A DNA stretch of 64,000 nucleotides from Macrostomum lignano (Eukaryota). Below are positions 61,390-64,000 of the stretch, in pieces. The stretch covers positions 1 through 64,000 of the forward strand of contig NIVC01000414.1 of NCBI GenBank assembly GCA_002269645.1, read 5' to 3'. The translations under genes were made by a program, and so were the position numbers. Position 1 is the stretch's first letter, and every line of letters begins with the position of its first letter. The notes below the pieces were generated by a model, which was given only the letters and a program-made list of their open reading frames with translations, searched no databases and was not told where the DNA came from.

Positions 61390-63440
61390 ACCTACCTACT
61401 AATAACCAACCTACTAACTAATTGGATAAGAACTGCGGCTTGAGGCTGAAAATTGGCATCAAAGAGTAGAGGTCGGACGGGATTGAAATCTTCGGGCGGG
61501 ATCGGGATCGGGAATAATTTTTTTCTCGGGATTGGGATCGGGATCGGGATTCGGGAATCAGGATCAGGTCTTTTAGTGTATTGTCCATGTAAAGTTAAAC
61601 AAAATTGAGAAAAGATTGTCAAGATCAAGAAGTAAAACACAACGAAATTGATATGAAGTTTTGTAACCAACAATTAACAAAGTAAATAATGTAACGAGTA
61701 CAAGTTAAAGCAAAATACCTTCAAGTAATCACTAATTCTATAAATTATTAATTGAAAGATCTGTTCCCGAATCTCGAGTTTTTTAGGGTCGGGATTCTGG
61801 TCCCACGGGAATTCAATTTTCCTCGGGATCCCGAGATTTCGGGATCGGGATCGGGATCCCGTCCGACCTCCATCAAAGAGGCAACAAAAGCATCTGCTCC
61901 CATTAAAGGCTTTGCCATGATGGCTAAGACAGTGCAGACCAACTTTTCATGAGCATCTTCAGCAAAGCCAACTGTATGGCCGCCAGAAAATCTAAGTGAC
62001 AACATGGCTGCTGGCCAATCTGAGCAAAGACTGGACATATACTTTGTCAAAATTTATAGCACAACAGCATTGTAAAGGCGTGCTGGCTTCTATATGTGAT
62101 GCTACCATCTGTTGGCAGTCTGTCTGTGCCAACTGAACTAGCAAGGCTATTTAGGTGGCTGCTGTAAGACAGTTAACCAGAAAAAGACTAGCAAAATCCT
62201 AGAAGGACCCACCAATTGACTTGATGAAAAACGCCAGAATAGAGGAAGCTACTTTGCTATCGCTGCTAAGACCATATATGGAGTCGCAGTTAAATTCCAC
62301 TCTCTTTGCGGTGGTCACCTCGTCAATGATGAGGACCACATACTTCTCTCAAGGGTCAAGCGATCCTTCCTACAGCTGAATGTATGCTTCCTCTATGATG
62401 CCGGACTCATTGAAAAGAACAGAATTAGCCTAACGATATTCCTGATAGAGGGCAAGCAAATGGACTCATTGTCCAGAATTGCCTTATAGGCAGCACGGCT
62501 AGTTGAAAAAACCAAATATGCCAGTACTGTTGTTGTTGGCATATAGCAACGAGATGGCCCCTGGGTGTAGATCAGGGAAAATTGCTAGAGAAGAAACTTC
62601 ATTTGTCCTTGAACATCTGATTCATCACTTAGAAATCCAAGGTAGCTCTTCAAAACCTCCTCACAAAATCAGACATGATAAGATCACATGTCTTTCTTGT
62701 CTGAGCTAGAGATTTGAGAAATGCTAGCAGGTTCTCAAAAGTGGAGACTGGAGAGTAGCTGCAGATGGAGGGTGTCTTGCTGTTTTAGAAGCAGATGTCC
62801 TGGCATGCTGCTAGTATAGCAAAAGCCATGCAAACAAATGCCTGATATATGAGATCTTCAAAGACAGTCAGTGAAGCTGAAGTGTGGAGTGGAGTCTGAG
62901 ATAGATGTGTCAATCAGGAAAAAGGAAGCTGATCCAGTGTTCATGCTTCTTACAAATCTAGATGGAATATTGGCCAAATCCAACTTGTCTAGCAGGTCAC
63001 TGAGAGTATGCAACTCATCAGAGCTTAGAAATTTGCCAATCATCTCATTCAAATGCGCATTCTCCACTTGCAGATGAGATGAGGACAAGGCACTTATAGT
63101 CCTTTCCATTGGTGCTGACTTGCTAAGGTACTTTGGCACACTGTCAAATTGAGTTGACATTGTAGCAATCTTTAGGCAAACTTGTTGGAGCTTTGCTTCT
63201 AAGAATTTTCAATTCTTATGATAGGTGGTCTCATTGGTTGATTCTCTGACAAAGTCAGCTTCTGTAAAGTGCTTTGGGCAGACACGCTAAGAAGATGTGG
63301 CCTTTGGGTCGGCAGTTGATATAGCACAAAGCCACTGTTGTCTCAGTATAGGATCCTTTGGGAAAACATAATAGCTTTTTCCCACAGTTCCTTCTGACAA
63401 ATAGCCTGATTTGTAGCCAAACACAGCACGTGTAACCCAT
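61390..63440 (-). pseudogene. Decayed THAP-domain P-element-like (THAP9-type) transposase
   Basis: Across frameshifts: MGYTCCV.GYKSGY..FPKDPILRQQW..RVCPKHFTEADF (THAP C2CH), then EKYVVLIIDEV..G..ASSILAFFIKSI..DFASLFLVNCLTA (P-element transposase core). In-frame stops; TIRs not found. Confidence 0.8.
61467..61872. mobile_element. hAT-type MITE (406 bp, 8-bp TSD) inserted in the P-element relic
   Basis: TIR TAGAGGTCGGACGGGAT / ATCCCGTCCGACCTCCA; TCAAAGAG at 61459-61466 and 61873-61880; subterminal (GGGATC)n repeats. Confidence 0.9.
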
Positions 63441-64000
63441 GATTTATCTATGCAAATAATACAAAATGAGCAACTTGGGAACTTTGCAAAGACTTATGCG
63501 AGTGTTTAAAAACAAACATCCGAAAAAGGCAAAAGTGGATAGGCTGTGCATAGTAATTTTTTCCTGTACATGTACAATTGTACATAATGTCTTTGTCTAC
63601 AATCTTCTTCAGTTCCTTTTCTTCTTTCCTAAATGCACATTTCTTTCTTTCCCCCCTTTACATACATGCGCAACCCCCCTGATTTACACTAGCCATGCGA
63701 CTTACTTTTTGACCAGAAATGCAACTTACCTGTGAAAGAAACCCTAGAGCAACATTAATGTAATTTTAGGTAAATGGCAGGAGTAACTATGACTGTCTTA
63801 TAAGGGCTAAATGCCTCATCATCTAATTAGTACTATGTCTGTATTCTTTGGGATGGGCATTTTTGCGACTTACCCCTGGTCCACCACAATTTACGGCGGC
63901 CAGGTCGGCCAGCAGTTGCACATGTATGCCCCTTTATCTTATACCCATATCTTCTTATCATTCACTTTTCCCCTCAGACCTACAGTTTTTTCTAACATGT

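Noticed and set aside
63720-63940. Minus-strand donor-like motifs (CAG|GTAAGT at ~63730, GGG|GTAAGT at ~63875) as exons of another gene
   Set aside because: No supporting ORF or homology, and too close to the window edge to judge.

Overview
This is eukaryotic (metazoan, invertebrate) genomic DNA with GT-AG introns. The gene content and minisatellite-rich introns are reminiscent of a free-living flatworm such as Macrostomum, but that assignment is inference only. Four protein-coding genes are supported: (1) a very large multi-exon mosaic lectin-domain gene on the minus strand (~21.1 kb, running off the left edge) with F5/8C-discoidin, C-type lectin, kringle-like, F-type-lectin-like and WSC modules; (2) an SVOP/SV2-related MFS transporter (+, 28771-31956, with one frameshift); (3) a synaptotagmin (-, 34778-40151, 444 aa); (4) a type II PIP kinase, PIP4K (-, 50260-55187, 412 aa). 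A near-intact, recent Ty3/Gypsy LTR element (13602-19062) lies antisense in the intron that splits the C-type lectin domain. It inserted at the exact centre of a 20-bp palindrome, and its integrase frame ends in 31 tandem GAP(A/V) repeats. Other mobile DNA: a Gypsy nested in an older Gypsy, a decayed THAP/P-element transposase, at least 7 MITE-like elements (several with clear TSDs) and two tRNA-derived SINE families. A dense cluster of unrelated minisatellites spans 38-54 kb; some carry CRE-, YY1- or kappaB-like motifs. No rRNA, true tRNA or CRISPR array was found. All alignments and exon joins were done by eye.
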